Assembly: GCA_028286645.1 (NCBI GenBank)
Contig: JAQBRF010000004.1
Coordinates: forward strand, 157,501-203,191
DNA from: Candidatus Nomurabacteria bacterium
GTDB taxonomy: Bacteria; Patescibacteriota; Minisyncoccia; Phycocordibacterales; UBA5272
DNA: 45,691 nucleotides
Direction: 5' to 3'
Positions 28,301 to 36,811 of the stretch are shown here, in pieces. How positions within the stretch are numbered: position 1 is the stretch's first letter; every line of letters starts with the position of its first letter. The translations under genes were made by a program, and so were the position numbers. Below the pieces are notes generated by a model. The model was not told the DNA's origin and did no database searches. It was given only the letters and a program-made list of their open reading frames with translations.

Positions 28301-28702
28301 TTCACTTTGAATTAAATCGCTCGCTGGGCGAAAGTGCGTGGCTTCGAAGAAATATTCCGGATATCGGCCGATGATATCGGTGCAAAATCCATGGAATGTG
28401 TAAATTGCCACTCTATATGCATCTGCTCCTATCAAATTTTCCAATCTCTCCCGCATATTTAATGCCGCGGTTTCAGTAAAGGTAAGGCAAAGAATGTTAT
28501 ATGCCCTTGCGCGCCCTTCTTTCAGTATTTTCCCCACACGGAGAGATAATAACTCAGTCTTCCCTGATCCAGGTCCAGCAATCACCATAACTGGGCCGTC
28601 GGTAGTGTCTACAGCTTTCTTCTGTCCTTCATTTAAGGATTTGTATCGTGCGTCAAACTTTCTATCCAAATCACTTTTTTGTTCGTTTCTAGAAATTGCC
28701 AT
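25361..28702 (-). CDS. UvrD/PcrA-like helicase fused to C-terminal PD-(D/E)XK nuclease
   Basis: AGPGSGKT, VDEFQDTN, VGDDDQAIYRFQGA, ENYRS, HSAKGLEF, YVAITRAR; then GKIDK, IDLKTG, QLMFY. Confidence 0.93.
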   Translation of the reverse strand: MAISRNEQKSDLDRKFDARYKSLNEGQKKAVDTTDGPVMVIAGPGSGKTELLSLRVGKILKEGRARAYNILCLTFTETAALNMRERLENLIGADAYRVAIYTFHGFCTDIIGRYPEYFFEATHFRPASDLIQSEILKNIFERLEHKHVLGGYHPERGYAYLKEAQGRIKDIKKGGLSPDRFKEILEENEKALVELNKILSEHLPERIGKDSISAFEVMRMEFEKSGTNIGSMYAKSIENALTLAEATEKNTPLSGWKTEYTGKDEDGNRVFKDFLSLSKLYALVDIYKMYQKALYKEGYFDYEDMILQVVDALSKNETLRTEIEELYHYIMVDEFQDTNNAQLELVKALSSNPVHEGRPNVCVVGDDDQAIYRFQGAEISNIHSFSELYKDVERIVLIENYRSTQKILDFARAIVTQGVNRLETIYKDVRKDLKAKNKDLPVGEIHTCAFGTDIEEYAYTSKKIQELLQNGVPAKEIAVIAREHRQLISILPYMDKLNVPYTYTRKENVFDEVHVKELITLCRFLSTVGGEQWEKDEYLPEILSFPFWGLGRISIWKVAENAKRENISWLEAMEKSTDEKMHLLAQFLIELGTLSQTIPLEIILDALIGSKDIPRTPESENEDEEPTLIALNLESPFTSPYKEYYFGKSVFKENPASYIHFLSSLRVFMQALRNYKEGTLLLARDVGEFVDMHVDYNIPLINETPFAHNENSVSLLTSHSAKGLEFDYVFIISVNDDIWAGRPKGNKLSFPINLLGLKQTGDEEDDFIRLFYVAITRARHTLYITHHKSPLRFLSHPDLPDTDKGVTEVEQSELLAEGLQVYHIPPFAKDEKALLKKVIEGYMLPPTHLNNFLNVMEGGPLLFLEQNLLRFPQAKSVSNVYGTAIHKAIEDAHILIRKDGAFPDIEKVFESFRKELKKGRLPDYEEEKQRKRGERALEKYIEIKKDEIKAEDIVELNFAKQCVQLDGSYINGKIDKIVKGDNDSWTVIDLKTGRGYDDWDEGKTTVYDKIKLHHYRYQLMFYKILVENSRDHNTHEVKKGCLEFVEQSTGNKIQELSLSFEDKNILEEVKRLEQLIMAVYKKICALDFPDTSKYEKSLVGIKEFEEDLIQGNI

Positions 28703-28784
28703 TATTTATTAAGTATACTTTATGTTGACTTATCACGCATACGCCAGTAAAGTAGCATTACCCGAAACTAATTAGGCGAGAACA

Positions 28785-29252
28785 ATGTCTCCCGAACGTG
28801 CTTTTCTCCGGTATTTTCAAAGCTTCATCGACTTCCTGGATAAAAAGAAAAATATTTCTAGAGAGTTGTTGATTGAGGTGGTGCTCAATGTCCTTGATTA
28901 CTCGATACCGCTTCTTGCAGTTGTGGTAGGTGCCGTGATGTGGAGAGCCGAGAGTGGCGAATTTTCTTTGCTCTTTATGTTCCTCGGACTTTTCTGCACG
29001 GGGAAATATATGATTTTGCGAAACATTATGCAGAATCATCCTGCGCGGAACGATCCAAGGTACGAGGTCGCGGAGGTTCTGATGCGACGGCACCTCAGGT
29101 GGAGTTTCCTTGTTCTTTTGTTGATCGATTTCCTCTTTTATCACATAACCGCTGGTTACTTTTTGGGCCAGTTATGCATGGTGATCTTAGGTATTCAAGA
29201 TGTTTTGTTTGCATTTAACGAATACCTTATTTGCTCCAAATCAAGGAGATGA
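28785..29252 (+). CDS. Membrane ORFan cassette
   Basis: TTGACT-N17-TAAAGT (28725-28753); about 4 TM; terminator cccgga/tccggg-T. Confidence 0.72.
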   Translation: MSPERAFLRYFQSFIDFLDKKKNISRELLIEVVLNVLDYSIPLLAVVVGAVMWRAESGEFSLLFMFLGLFCTGKYMILRNIMQNHPARNDPRYEVAEVLMRRHLRWSFLVLLLIDFLFYHITAGYFLGQLCMVILGIQDVLFAFNEYLICSKSRR

Positions 29253-29280
29253 CTACCCCCGGATTAACTCCCGGGATTTT

Positions 29281-29877
29281 TTATTTATCCGTCTCTCCCA
29301 CAAGATCTTTAAATTCTTTGGCAATTTTTTTAAATTCATTTACCAGAACGTGGTCACTCCCCAGTTTTTCCTCAATCACTTTTATGCGCTCCTCATTAAA
29401 CCAGATTCTATTTTTATCTGATGAATTTTCAAATTTTTTTAAGAATTCTTGGCCATTTTCTTTTGTCTGTAAAATATAATTGGATAAATTGTGTATTCCG
29501 TCCGCTGCTGACACCAATGCGCTCTCCTTTCCTCCCTCTTTCAGTTTTTTTAAATACCCTTCTTTTCTTGTCATCCATGACATTGGTGTGCCTGTATTAA
29601 GTGAATTAGATTCGGTTACGAAGCTTACAATGTAAGCCACTTTTTTTCCGCAGTCTGCTACTAATTTCTCATATGTATAACCCTCCACATCTTCTAATGA
29701 ATCATGCATTAAACCGGAAATAATAATATCTTCATCTTCAGTTACTTCAGAAAGAATCATGGCGACTGATGCCAAGTGGCTGATGTAAGGAGATCTGCCC
29801 GCGTCCACTCTGGTTTGATCTCTGTGTAAGCGGGATGCGAGTCGTATCGCAGAGTCAATTCTTGAACTAAATTTCAT
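29281..29877 (-). CDS. HD-domain (p)ppGpp hydrolase-like protein (small alarmone hydrolase/Mesh1-like)
   Basis: H..QTR...PYISH...V, LMHDSLED, AD.IHNL. Confidence 0.82.
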   Translation of the reverse strand: MKFSSRIDSAIRLASRLHRDQTRVDAGRSPYISHLASVAMILSEVTEDEDIIISGLMHDSLEDVEGYTYEKLVADCGKKVAYIVSFVTESNSLNTGTPMSWMTRKEGYLKKLKEGGKESALVSAADGIHNLSNYILQTKENGQEFLKKFENSSDKNRIWFNEERIKVIEEKLGSDHVLVNEFKKIAKEFKDLVGETDK

Positions 29878-29985
29878 CAGTTAAATATATCAGAATAAGG
29901 ATAAAAGTGTCTATTGACAAATAGTAGGAAATATAGTATACTAAAGTAGTAGCACCTAATCGCAGGTCAACAGAGGGAGATATAC

Positions 29986-30405
29986 ATGGATTTCGGACGC
30001 GTTCTTTTCATCAAAATGCTCTTCATCGTGGCGGCCCTTATGATGGGCTTCGGATACATCATGTGCACGATTGTGGTCGCCAGCGAAGCCCCCGCGTTGC
30101 TATACGCATCGGCGCAGTTTCTCGCAACCGGAATTACGGTGGTCGAGCTGACCGCCGCAGTCTTACTTCTGGGATGCGCGAGACACGTCACACTAGGGGG
30201 TGGAGTGGTGATGTTCATCGTCGCCGCACTCGGCGGGCTGATGTTCTTCCCCATCTGGCGCCAAGTTCTCGCTGCGGATGTTCCGGCGGATCACATTCCG
30301 ACGGTCGTCTACTTCGTGCTTCCATTCGTGCTCGTGGTAATGTGGTACGTCATCGCCGCCGCGCAACATGCGAGACGCGGAGATGGCGCCATCCTTAAGT
30401 CGTAG
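29986..30405 (+). CDS. GC-rich 4-TM ORFan cassette
   Basis: TTGACA-N17-TATACT (29914-29942), GAGGGAG, terminator ccgccg/cggcgg-T7. Confidence 0.75.
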   Translation: MDFGRVLFIKMLFIVAALMMGFGYIMCTIVVASEAPALLYASAQFLATGITVVELTAAVLLLGCARHVTLGGGVVMFIVAALGGLMFFPIWRQVLAADVPADHIPTVVYFVLPFVLVVMWYVIAAAQHARRGDGAILKS

Positions 30406-30481
30406 GAAGCGACACGCCATCGCCACAACCCGCCGCGTCCATCAAGGACCGGCGGTTTTTTTATTTTTTAATTTCTTAGTA

Positions 30482-30510
30482 TTGACAAGAACGTATTTGT
30501 ATAGTATAAT
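30482..30510 (+). promoter_or_regulatory. Perfect consensus sigma70 promoter
   Basis: TTGACA-N17-TATAAT. Confidence 0.9.
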
Positions 30511-30568
30511 GCCCTAGAACCCTGCTGTTTGATTTACTCACCTGATTCAATTCTAAAGGAATTCTGAC

Positions 30569-31021
30569 ATGGCCAACGCTATCCACTTTATCGACCTCTC
30601 TCCGGAGGGAGTTCGGAATTTCGTCATCTGCCTCGGACCTTACTTGCCGAACTCGATCGCGGGGTATTTATTCCCCGTTTTCATGCTCATCGGCTTCGTC
30701 GCGTTCGTCATCGCGATGTTCTCCATACTCGGCAAGAACAGCCGGCGGCCGAAGAATGACCAGGAAGCCAAGGAGATGGTGGAGGATGCTGGGCTGGCTT
30801 TCGTCATCGGATGGATTACATCTGTATTGACGGTGATTGCGATGATCTCATGGCATTCGCTCGCCGTGAGCCGTCCAGGTGATATGGCCGACTACAAGCT
30901 GTACGCCGCGGCCAGTATCTGGGAGGTTTTCTTTCTGGTGACCTTCATCGCATTTACATTCGCCATCAAGACGCGATCAGTGGCCACTATGTGCGTCGTG
31001 GAAAAACATGGACACGCGTAA
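30569..31021 (+). CDS. GC-rich 3-TM ORFan cassette
   Basis: Consensus promoter, AAAGGA, hydrophobic segments. Confidence 0.75.
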   Translation: MANAIHFIDLSPEGVRNFVICLGPYLPNSIAGYLFPVFMLIGFVAFVIAMFSILGKNSRRPKNDQEAKEMVEDAGLAFVIGWITSVLTVIAMISWHSLAVSRPGDMADYKLYAAASIWEVFFLVTFIAFTFAIKTRSVATMCVVEKHGHA

Positions 31022-31205
31022 CAAGCGGCGCCTTGCGGCGGTGATGCTCGTCGCGATTATCGGATCGCTCATCGAAGTCGCGGTGATAGTCGTGGAAGGC
31101 GCCAAAGCCGAAGAACCGGCAAATGTCACGGCACCCGCGCCCACCTGGTGGCATCTGCCGCTTTTGAACGGCGACGGGAACGTCATCCATGTCTACAACC
31201 TCTGA
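31008..31205 (+). CDS. Small membrane or secreted ORFan, second gene of cassette
   Basis: Basic N-terminus plus hydrophobic helix; overlaps previous stop; terminator aaaagccacac/gtgtggctttt. Confidence 0.6.
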   Translation: MDTRNKRRLAAVMLVAIIGSLIEVAVIVVEGAKAEEPANVTAPAPTWWHLPLLNGDGNVIHVYNL

Positions 31206-31268
31206 TCGGAGCTCGGAAACTCCGAAAAAGCCACACCAAGTGTGGCTTTTATTATTTGGTAAACTAAA

Positions 31269-31334
31269 TTATTTCGTTACAACCTTCTTTGGTTTCTTTT
31301 TTTCCCTTCTTTCACTGTGATTTCCTTTTGCCAT
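31269..31334 (-). CDS. Putative 21-aa basic micropeptide
   Basis: MAKGNHSERREKKKPKKVVTK; TAAACT 8 nt before ATG; converges on a symmetric terminator. Confidence 0.5.
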   Translation of the reverse strand: MAKGNHSERREKKKPKKVVTK

Positions 31335-31342
31335 ATTTAAAT

Positions 31343-31373
31343 AGTTTACAGTTTACAGTTTCAAGTTTCCAGT
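31343..31373. repeat. 7-nt period micro-array (AGTTT core)
   Basis: agtttac agtttac agtttca agtttcc agt. Confidence 0.75.
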
Positions 31374-31430
31374 AAATTAAGTGGACAAGAAATTTTGTTG
31401 TTTTTATTAAAATTGTGTTAATCTGTAGTT

Positions 31431-31543
31431 GGTTCCGGCGCTCTACCCTAGGGCGTTCCTCGGGACCGGATGGAGCTCTTCGGAGCAACATCACACGGTT
31501 TGGCCCGCGAAGGTCCTTGGAAAGGATCCTCGCGGGCCCTTTT
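31431..31543 (+). ncRNA. Compact GC-rich structured RNA
   Basis: TG-n-TAATCT upstream; tccgg/ccgga enclosing cgctcta/tagggcg; gctc-TTCG-gagc; terminal ggcccgcga/tcgcgggcc-T. Confidence 0.6.
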
Positions 31544-31551
31544 CATTTCAG

Positions 31552-31908
31552 CTACTTATTGCAAAGCTTTGATATTCTTCTTCCAGAGTTAACGGCAGAT
31601 TCTTCAGAATTAAAGTATATTTTATTTTTCGCTGATATATTTCCTGACCCGCTGCACCATGAAAATGTGTACGTCTTTCCCTTCTTGCTTGCAAATGGGC
31701 GCGGGTCGGAGTTGGGAAATGAAGATATAGCCTCTGCTGTGGAGGTGGCCACTATATATGAAACTGGAATTATTGAGGATGATCTTTTATATTGCAAATA
31801 AAAGCAAAATCCAATAAGAAGAATAAATGTTATTCCAATACTTAAGCAATCATAAAAGCCGAGGCGGCTATTGATTTTTTTAAAGAATTCTTGTATACTA
31901 AAGCCCAT
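31552..31908 (-). CDS. Membrane protein with Ada-metal-binding-like C-terminal motif
   Basis: TM; ASKKGKTY...WC....I...NKIYF.SEE.A...G. Confidence 0.72.
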   Translation of the reverse strand: MGFSIQEFFKKINSRLGFYDCLSIGITFILLIGFCFYLQYKRSSSIIPVSYIVATSTAEAISSFPNSDPRPFASKKGKTYTFSWCSGSGNISAKNKIYFNSEESAVNSGRRISKLCNK

Positions 31909-31932
31909 AAATCAATTATTTAAGTATAAGCT

Positions 31933-32211
31933 ATGGCAACAAGAAAAGCCGCAGGTTCGGCAAAAAACCTAACAGACAGCAAGCCAAAGTATCTCGGTAC
32001 TAAGCTTTATGCTGGAGAAATGGCTGGAGCCGGAGCTATTATCGTGCGTCAAAGAGGAACAAAAATCCTTCCCGGAAAGAATGTAGGACTAGGACGAGAT
32101 CACACATTGTTTGCTCTTAAGCCAGGAATCGTATCATTTTCAGATAAGAGAATGAAGCATTTAGACGGATCGATCAAACGAAAGAAGGTGGCAAACATCG
32201 AAGTTAAGTAA
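31933..32211 (+). CDS. rpmA: 50S ribosomal protein L27
   Basis: [39 protein letters not shown]. Confidence 0.97.
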   Translation: MATRKAAGSAKNLTDSKPKYLGTKLYAGEMAGAGAIIVRQRGTKILPGKNVGLGRDHTLFALKPGIVSFSDKRMKHLDGSIKRKKVANIEVK

Positions 32212-32232
32212 AATAAAACGCCGCAAGGCGTT

Positions 32233-32820
32233 TTATTTTGGAAATAGCTTATCTTGTTCCTTTATTAAGATTTCTTTCAATTCGTTCCATATTGGAAGAA
32301 GATCTAAAGAAAGTTTAAGCTTCTCTTCCTTCTTATCGAAAACCATTTCAAGAGTTATATTCTTTTCTTTCCAAGTTCTTCCGCTATCTAAATAAATTTG
32401 AATAACTGGATACAGTTTATCTAATACGTAAATAAATTTACTTTCTTCGTCTTCTCTTTTTTCATAATTAACTATAATAGAATTTAAATCCCTAAAATTA
32501 GATAACTCCTCGCTAATTTTTATCCGAGCCGCTTCTTCTCTGTCATGCTTTGAATCATGGGCTGATTGATCTTTAGAGTATATAAATGTATCTCCTGCAT
32601 ATACTTCTACAAGATCATGGACAAGGGCATATTTAATAAGCAGACCTTTATTTAAATTAAGTGATTGGGTATCAGCTAAAAACCACGCAAGCATGGCTAG
32701 TTGATAACTATGTTCTACATCATTTTCGTACCTATCTTCTCTAACAACTTTGTAGCCTCTTTTAATTTCCTGGAAAAGATTTAAAAATTTAGTAAATTCT
32801 AAAACATCTGTTAAATTCAT
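32233..32820 (-). CDS. HD-domain hydrolase (YfbR/HDDC2-like)
   Basis: ENDVEHSY, ALVHDLVEVYAGD, LDKL. Confidence 0.88.
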   Translation of the reverse strand: MNLTDVLEFTKFLNLFQEIKRGYKVVREDRYENDVEHSYQLAMLAWFLADTQSLNLNKGLLIKYALVHDLVEVYAGDTFIYSKDQSAHDSKHDREEAARIKISEELSNFRDLNSIIVNYEKREDEESKFIYVLDKLYPVIQIYLDSGRTWKEKNITLEMVFDKKEEKLKLSLDLLPIWNELKEILIKEQDKLFPK

Positions 32821-32832
32821 GACTTAAGTATA

Positions 32833-33273
32833 CTACTTTACCTCTATAATGATTTTCTCTCTTTGAATCCCCTGCTTGAGTTCGACCTCATGGGGCCCTA
32901 CGGATTTAATGTTTCCTTGTAAAATAATTTGCTTTGGATCAATAGAGAGGCTTGAGACTTTGTAAATCGCATCAGCAATATCTGATTCTTTTATAGAAGC
33001 AAACAGCTGGCCTTTTGCATCAGCTTTCTTCCCTGTGATAATAACTTTTTCATTTCGTAATTTCTGAATAAGCTCAGCAAATGTATGGGTGGCATTTTCT
33101 TTCTTTTGCTTTTGAGAATCTTCCTTTTGTTTCCATTTAGCGAGTTCGGCAGAAGTCGCTTCTGTCGCCTCTCCTTTTTTTATAAGGACATTTATAGCGT
33201 AAACATTGGCGACTTCCTTCACCTCTCCCCTTTTGCCAAGTTTGGCGATATCCCGCAGTAGTATGACTTTCAT
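32833..33273 (-). CDS. rplI: 50S ribosomal protein L9
   Basis: MKVILLRDIAKLGKRGEVKEV, GQLFASI, IKSVG.H. Confidence 0.95.
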   Translation of the reverse strand: MKVILLRDIAKLGKRGEVKEVANVYAINVLIKKGEATEATSAELAKWKQKEDSQKQKKENATHTFAELIQKLRNEKVIITGKKADAKGQLFASIKESDIADAIYKVSSLSIDPKQIILQGNIKSVGPHEVELKQGIQREKIIIEVK

Positions 33274-33332
33274 GTGAGTAGTCTACTATTTATATTAGTA
33301 ACTTTCCATATATGTGGAATATACTTCCCAAT

Positions 33333-33920
33333 ATGGCAATAACAGCACAAACTGTAATACAGACAGAATTTGGCCCCTTCAATGTTAGTTATCATAAGAT
33401 ACAAAATAAGGAACTAATTTCATTTGCTCAAGGAGACATTACGTTCGGGAGCCCTATTGTTAGAATACAGTCCGCTTGTTTATTCGGGGAAGCTTTTCAT
33501 TCGGAGCATTGTGATTGCGCTTTTCAATTAACAGAAACTATGAAGGCCATTCATGAAAATCAAAATGGCGTCATTATGTACGTTCCCTTTGAAGAAGGAA
33601 GAGGGGTTGGGTTAGAGAATAAAATTAAGTCTATGGAATTAGAAAGAACAAAAGGGATAGACATTATTGCCTCATTTAAAGAATTAGGATTTGAACCAGA
33701 TCCTAGAAACTTTAACATTTCTGTTAAAGCGCTTAATGATTTAAACCTTTCCAAAGAAATAAAATCGTTTTCTTCTAATCCTAGAAAGAGAAAAGCTCTT
33801 GAAGAAGAGGGTTATATAATTAGACAAGAACTAGAAATTAATCCCTCACAGTTAAGTGATCTGGCTAAAAAAGAGAAACAATTTAAAATAGACAATTTGG
33901 GGTATTTCGATACAAATTAA
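33333..33920 (+). CDS. ribA: GTP cyclohydrolase II
   Basis: VRIQSACLFGEAFHSEHCDC..QL, EGRGVGL.NK, SNP.K; TATACT 7 nt before ATG 33333. Confidence 0.85.
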   Translation: MAITAQTVIQTEFGPFNVSYHKIQNKELISFAQGDITFGSPIVRIQSACLFGEAFHSEHCDCAFQLTETMKAIHENQNGVIMYVPFEEGRGVGLENKIKSMELERTKGIDIIASFKELGFEPDPRNFNISVKALNDLNLSKEIKSFSSNPRKRKALEEEGYIIRQELEINPSQLSDLAKKEKQFKIDNLGYFDTN

Positions 33921-33935
33921 TTCAATAAGAGCTTC

Positions 33936-35159
33936 CTATTTCTTTACCACCTCTACTGCTTTATTCAGCTGAATATCTACATATGTACCATCTTTGTTCT
34001 TTGGGGTGGAAGTTGAGCTAAATAGTACTTCATAATCTGGTTTTATTCCGTGCTCAGAAATCGATGTACCATTTGGCGTATACCATTTAGCTACTGTCAC
34101 CTTAAGCGATGATCCGTCGTCAAAGTTTATAAGTTCTTGTACTGATCCCTTTCCGAATGACGTAGCTCCGACAACTTTCGCTACTCCTTGGTCTTTTAAC
34201 GCTCCAGCTAATATTTCTGAAGCTGAGGCTGAACCCCCGTCTATCATTACTACTATTTTAGTGGTTTTCGGCACCCCGACTATACCAGTGCTTCGGTGAT
34301 TTACAACTGTTTCGTCCTTCCCTTGCTTCTCGCTCACCACGACTTGCCCATCTTTTAAGAAATAACTTGCCATATTAACCGCTGCTTCTAGATATCCTCC
34401 AGGATTCCCGCGAAGGTCTAATACTAAATATGGAGAGCCTGACGCTACGAACTTATTCATAGCATTTTGGAAAAGTTGTGGAGATTCTGCGGAGAAGTTG
34501 TATAGATGGATAACGAATACACCATTTTTTGTCTCAGTGTCCAATGTCGGGATTTTAATTTCCTTTCTGGTTACTATTACGTCTGTCGTAGATTTCGCGC
34601 CTGCATGAAGCACGGTAATCTTTACTTTTGTATCAATTGGTCCGCGAATCAAAGACACCGCTTCATCCGAAGAAAGACCGAGGACGCTTTTGCCATCTAC
34701 TGCGGCGATTATGTCTCCTGCTTTTATTCCCGCTTGCATCGAAGGAGAGTCTTTAAGCGGAGCTATCACAACAATGTTCCCATCTTTCATCCCGACGTTC
34801 ATCCCTACCCCGCCGAATGATCCCTGTACGTTTTCTGCGAAGTTTTTCGCCTCGTCTGGCGGGAAAAATATCGTATATGGATCTTTATAGGTGCTTACAT
34901 ATCCAGAGATCATACCGTATTCAAAGTCTTTGCTTGTGGGCATAGTAGAAGAAGCCTTCCAAAAAACAAATTTCTCATTAAGCGTGCTTTGAACTTTCTT
35001 TAGTAGGCTCGAATTAGAAAGATTATCAGTATCTGCATAAGATTTTGACGAGACCGCACTTCCAGTGATGAATCCCACAGCGAAAAGCGCAAAAATAAAT
35101 ATCCCAATCCCTAAACTTTTAATCATTATTTTCTTTTGTAAAGACGAATCACCAGTCAT
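33936..35159 (-). CDS. ctpA: C-terminal processing protease (S41 with PDZ)
   Basis: DPYT, FGGVG, LDLRGNPGG, SASASEI.AGAL, SFGKGSVQ. Confidence 0.92.
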   Translation of the reverse strand: MTGDSSLQKKIMIKSLGIGIFIFALFAVGFITGSAVSSKSYADTDNLSNSSLLKKVQSTLNEKFVFWKASSTMPTSKDFEYGMISGYVSTYKDPYTIFFPPDEAKNFAENVQGSFGGVGMNVGMKDGNIVVIAPLKDSPSMQAGIKAGDIIAAVDGKSVLGLSSDEAVSLIRGPIDTKVKITVLHAGAKSTTDVIVTRKEIKIPTLDTETKNGVFVIHLYNFSAESPQLFQNAMNKFVASGSPYLVLDLRGNPGGYLEAAVNMASYFLKDGQVVVSEKQGKDETVVNHRSTGIVGVPKTTKIVVMIDGGSASASEILAGALKDQGVAKVVGATSFGKGSVQELINFDDGSSLKVTVAKWYTPNGTSISEHGIKPDYEVLFSSTSTPKNKDGTYVDIQLNKAVEVVKK

Positions 35160-35212
35160 ATATTTCTCAATTATACCCTGTAATTATGGTAGAATAAAGG
35201 GACAACTTAAAC

Positions 35213-36625
35213 ATGGCTCAAGATATACAAATCTATAATACGAAGACAAAAGCAATAGAAAAATTTGTCCCAATTACTGAAGGAGAAGTCTCTATTTACT
35301 CTTGCGGACCGACGGTGTATTACTACCCACATTTAGGAAATATGCGGCCATATGTTTTCGCAGACACATTAAGGAGAATGTTTATTTCGGCAGGATATAA
35401 GGTAAATCATGTAATTAATATAACTGATGTAGGACATTTAACTGGAGATAATGATGGAGACGCAGATACCGGAGAAGATAAAATGGAAAAAGGATCAGCG
35501 AGAGAGGGTAAAAGCGCCTGGGATGTGGCGAAGTTTTATATGGAGGACTTTTTTGAATGTTTAGATCTTTTAAACATCCCCCGTGCTGAATACCAATTCC
35601 CACGCGCGACAGATTATATAGAGGAGCAGATAAATCTAATTAAACTTTTAGAAGATAAAGGATTCACATATGTAATTTCTGACGGAGTTTATTTCGATAC
35701 ATCTAAATTTCCAAAATACGCGGAATTTGCTCACTTAGATATTGAAGGATTAAGAAGCGGCGCCAGAGTCGAGGCAAATGAAGAAAAAAGAAATATAACG
35801 GATTTTGCCTTATGGAAGTTTTCACCAAAAGACCAGCAAAGACAAATGGAATGGGATTCTCCATGGGGAAAAGGTTTCCCTGGATGGCATATCGAGTGTT
35901 CCGCTATGTCAAAGAAGCTTCTCGGTCCACATTTTGACATTCATACCGGAGGAATCGATCATATCCCGGTGCATCATACGAACGAAATTGCTCAGAGCGA
36001 ATGTGCAAATGGTGTCAAATACGTAAATTACTGGATGCATGTCAACTTTTTAAATGATAAGGATGGGAAGATGTCTAAATCTAAAGGTGATTTTTTAAGG
36101 CTGCAGTCTCTTCAAGAAATCGGAATCTCCCCTCTTGAATATAAATATTATCTTTTAACCTCGCATTATAGAGCACAGATGGACTTGGATATTACAGCTA
36201 TTCATTCAGCTGGAACAGCATATAAAAAGCTTTGGAACTTTTGTGTAGAAAATATTACTTCAGACGGCGAAGTTAATACTAAGTACAAAAGAGAATTTAC
36301 TGACGCGCTTTATGACGATGTCGGAACTCCGGCGGCTATCGCCATTATGTGGAACTTAACAAAGGATACTGATATAAAAAATGAAGATAAGTACAGGACT
36401 ATTATAGAAATGAGTCATATTCTCGGACTTAAGCTCCATATGGCAGTGAAAGAAGAAGTCGTACTGACAGATGAAGTAAAAAAGCTTTTAGACGAAAGAC
36501 ATGCGGTACGGGAGGCGAAAAATTGGCCAGAAGCAGATAGATTGCGAGATAAAATTACTGAACTTGGATTTGAAGTGAAAGATACTGACGAAGGTCAGGA
36601 AGTGAAGGAAATAAAGAGAATATAA
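35213..36625 (+). CDS. cysS: Cysteine--tRNA ligase
   Basis: CGPTVY, HLGN, PGWHIECSAM, DIHTGGID, KMSKS. Confidence 0.97.
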   Translation: MAQDIQIYNTKTKAIEKFVPITEGEVSIYSCGPTVYYYPHLGNMRPYVFADTLRRMFISAGYKVNHVINITDVGHLTGDNDGDADTGEDKMEKGSAREGKSAWDVAKFYMEDFFECLDLLNIPRAEYQFPRATDYIEEQINLIKLLEDKGFTYVISDGVYFDTSKFPKYAEFAHLDIEGLRSGARVEANEEKRNITDFALWKFSPKDQQRQMEWDSPWGKGFPGWHIECSAMSKKLLGPHFDIHTGGIDHIPVHHTNEIAQSECANGVKYVNYWMHVNFLNDKDGKMSKSKGDFLRLQSLQEIGISPLEYKYYLLTSHYRAQMDLDITAIHSAGTAYKKLWNFCVENITSDGEVNTKYKREFTDALYDDVGTPAAIAIMWNLTKDTDIKNEDKYRTIIEMSHILGLKLHMAVKEEVVLTDEVKKLLDERHAVREAKNWPEADRLRDKITELGFEVKDTDEGQEVKEIKRI

Positions 36626-36628
36626 AAT

Positions 36629-36754
36629 AAAAAGGAGGCATTGCCAGGATCGCTGGATACCTCCCCCTACAGTTTTCTCTTTATAATTCATCGGGCCTTA
36701 TGCCTACGCTCAGGAAGCGGTGTCATAAGGTTAGAACAAAGAAGAGCGAATTAC
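36629..36754 (-). ncRNA. Small structured RNA of about 125 nt
   Basis: Minus-strand TTGAAA-N17-TATGAT (36789-36761); stems taattc/gaatta, ccttatg/cataagg, cgct/agcg; terminator ggaggta/tgcctcc-U5. Confidence 0.55.
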
Positions 36755-36802
36755 ATATAAATCATATACCCTTTTTTTATATTTTTCAATACATCTGAAA
36801 AC

Positions 36803-36811
36803 TTATCCACA
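36803..36811 (+). promoter_or_regulatory. DnaA box
   Basis: TTATCCACA upstream of dnaB. Confidence 0.55.

Noticed and set aside
26817-28712. Plus-strand ORFs inside the helicase gene, and similar nested ORFs elsewhere in the track
   Set aside because: Antisense or out-of-frame shadows of well-supported genes
31312-31801. ORFs 31312-31494 and 31415-31801
   Set aside because: They run through the structured RNA and repeat array, or are antisense to 31552-31908
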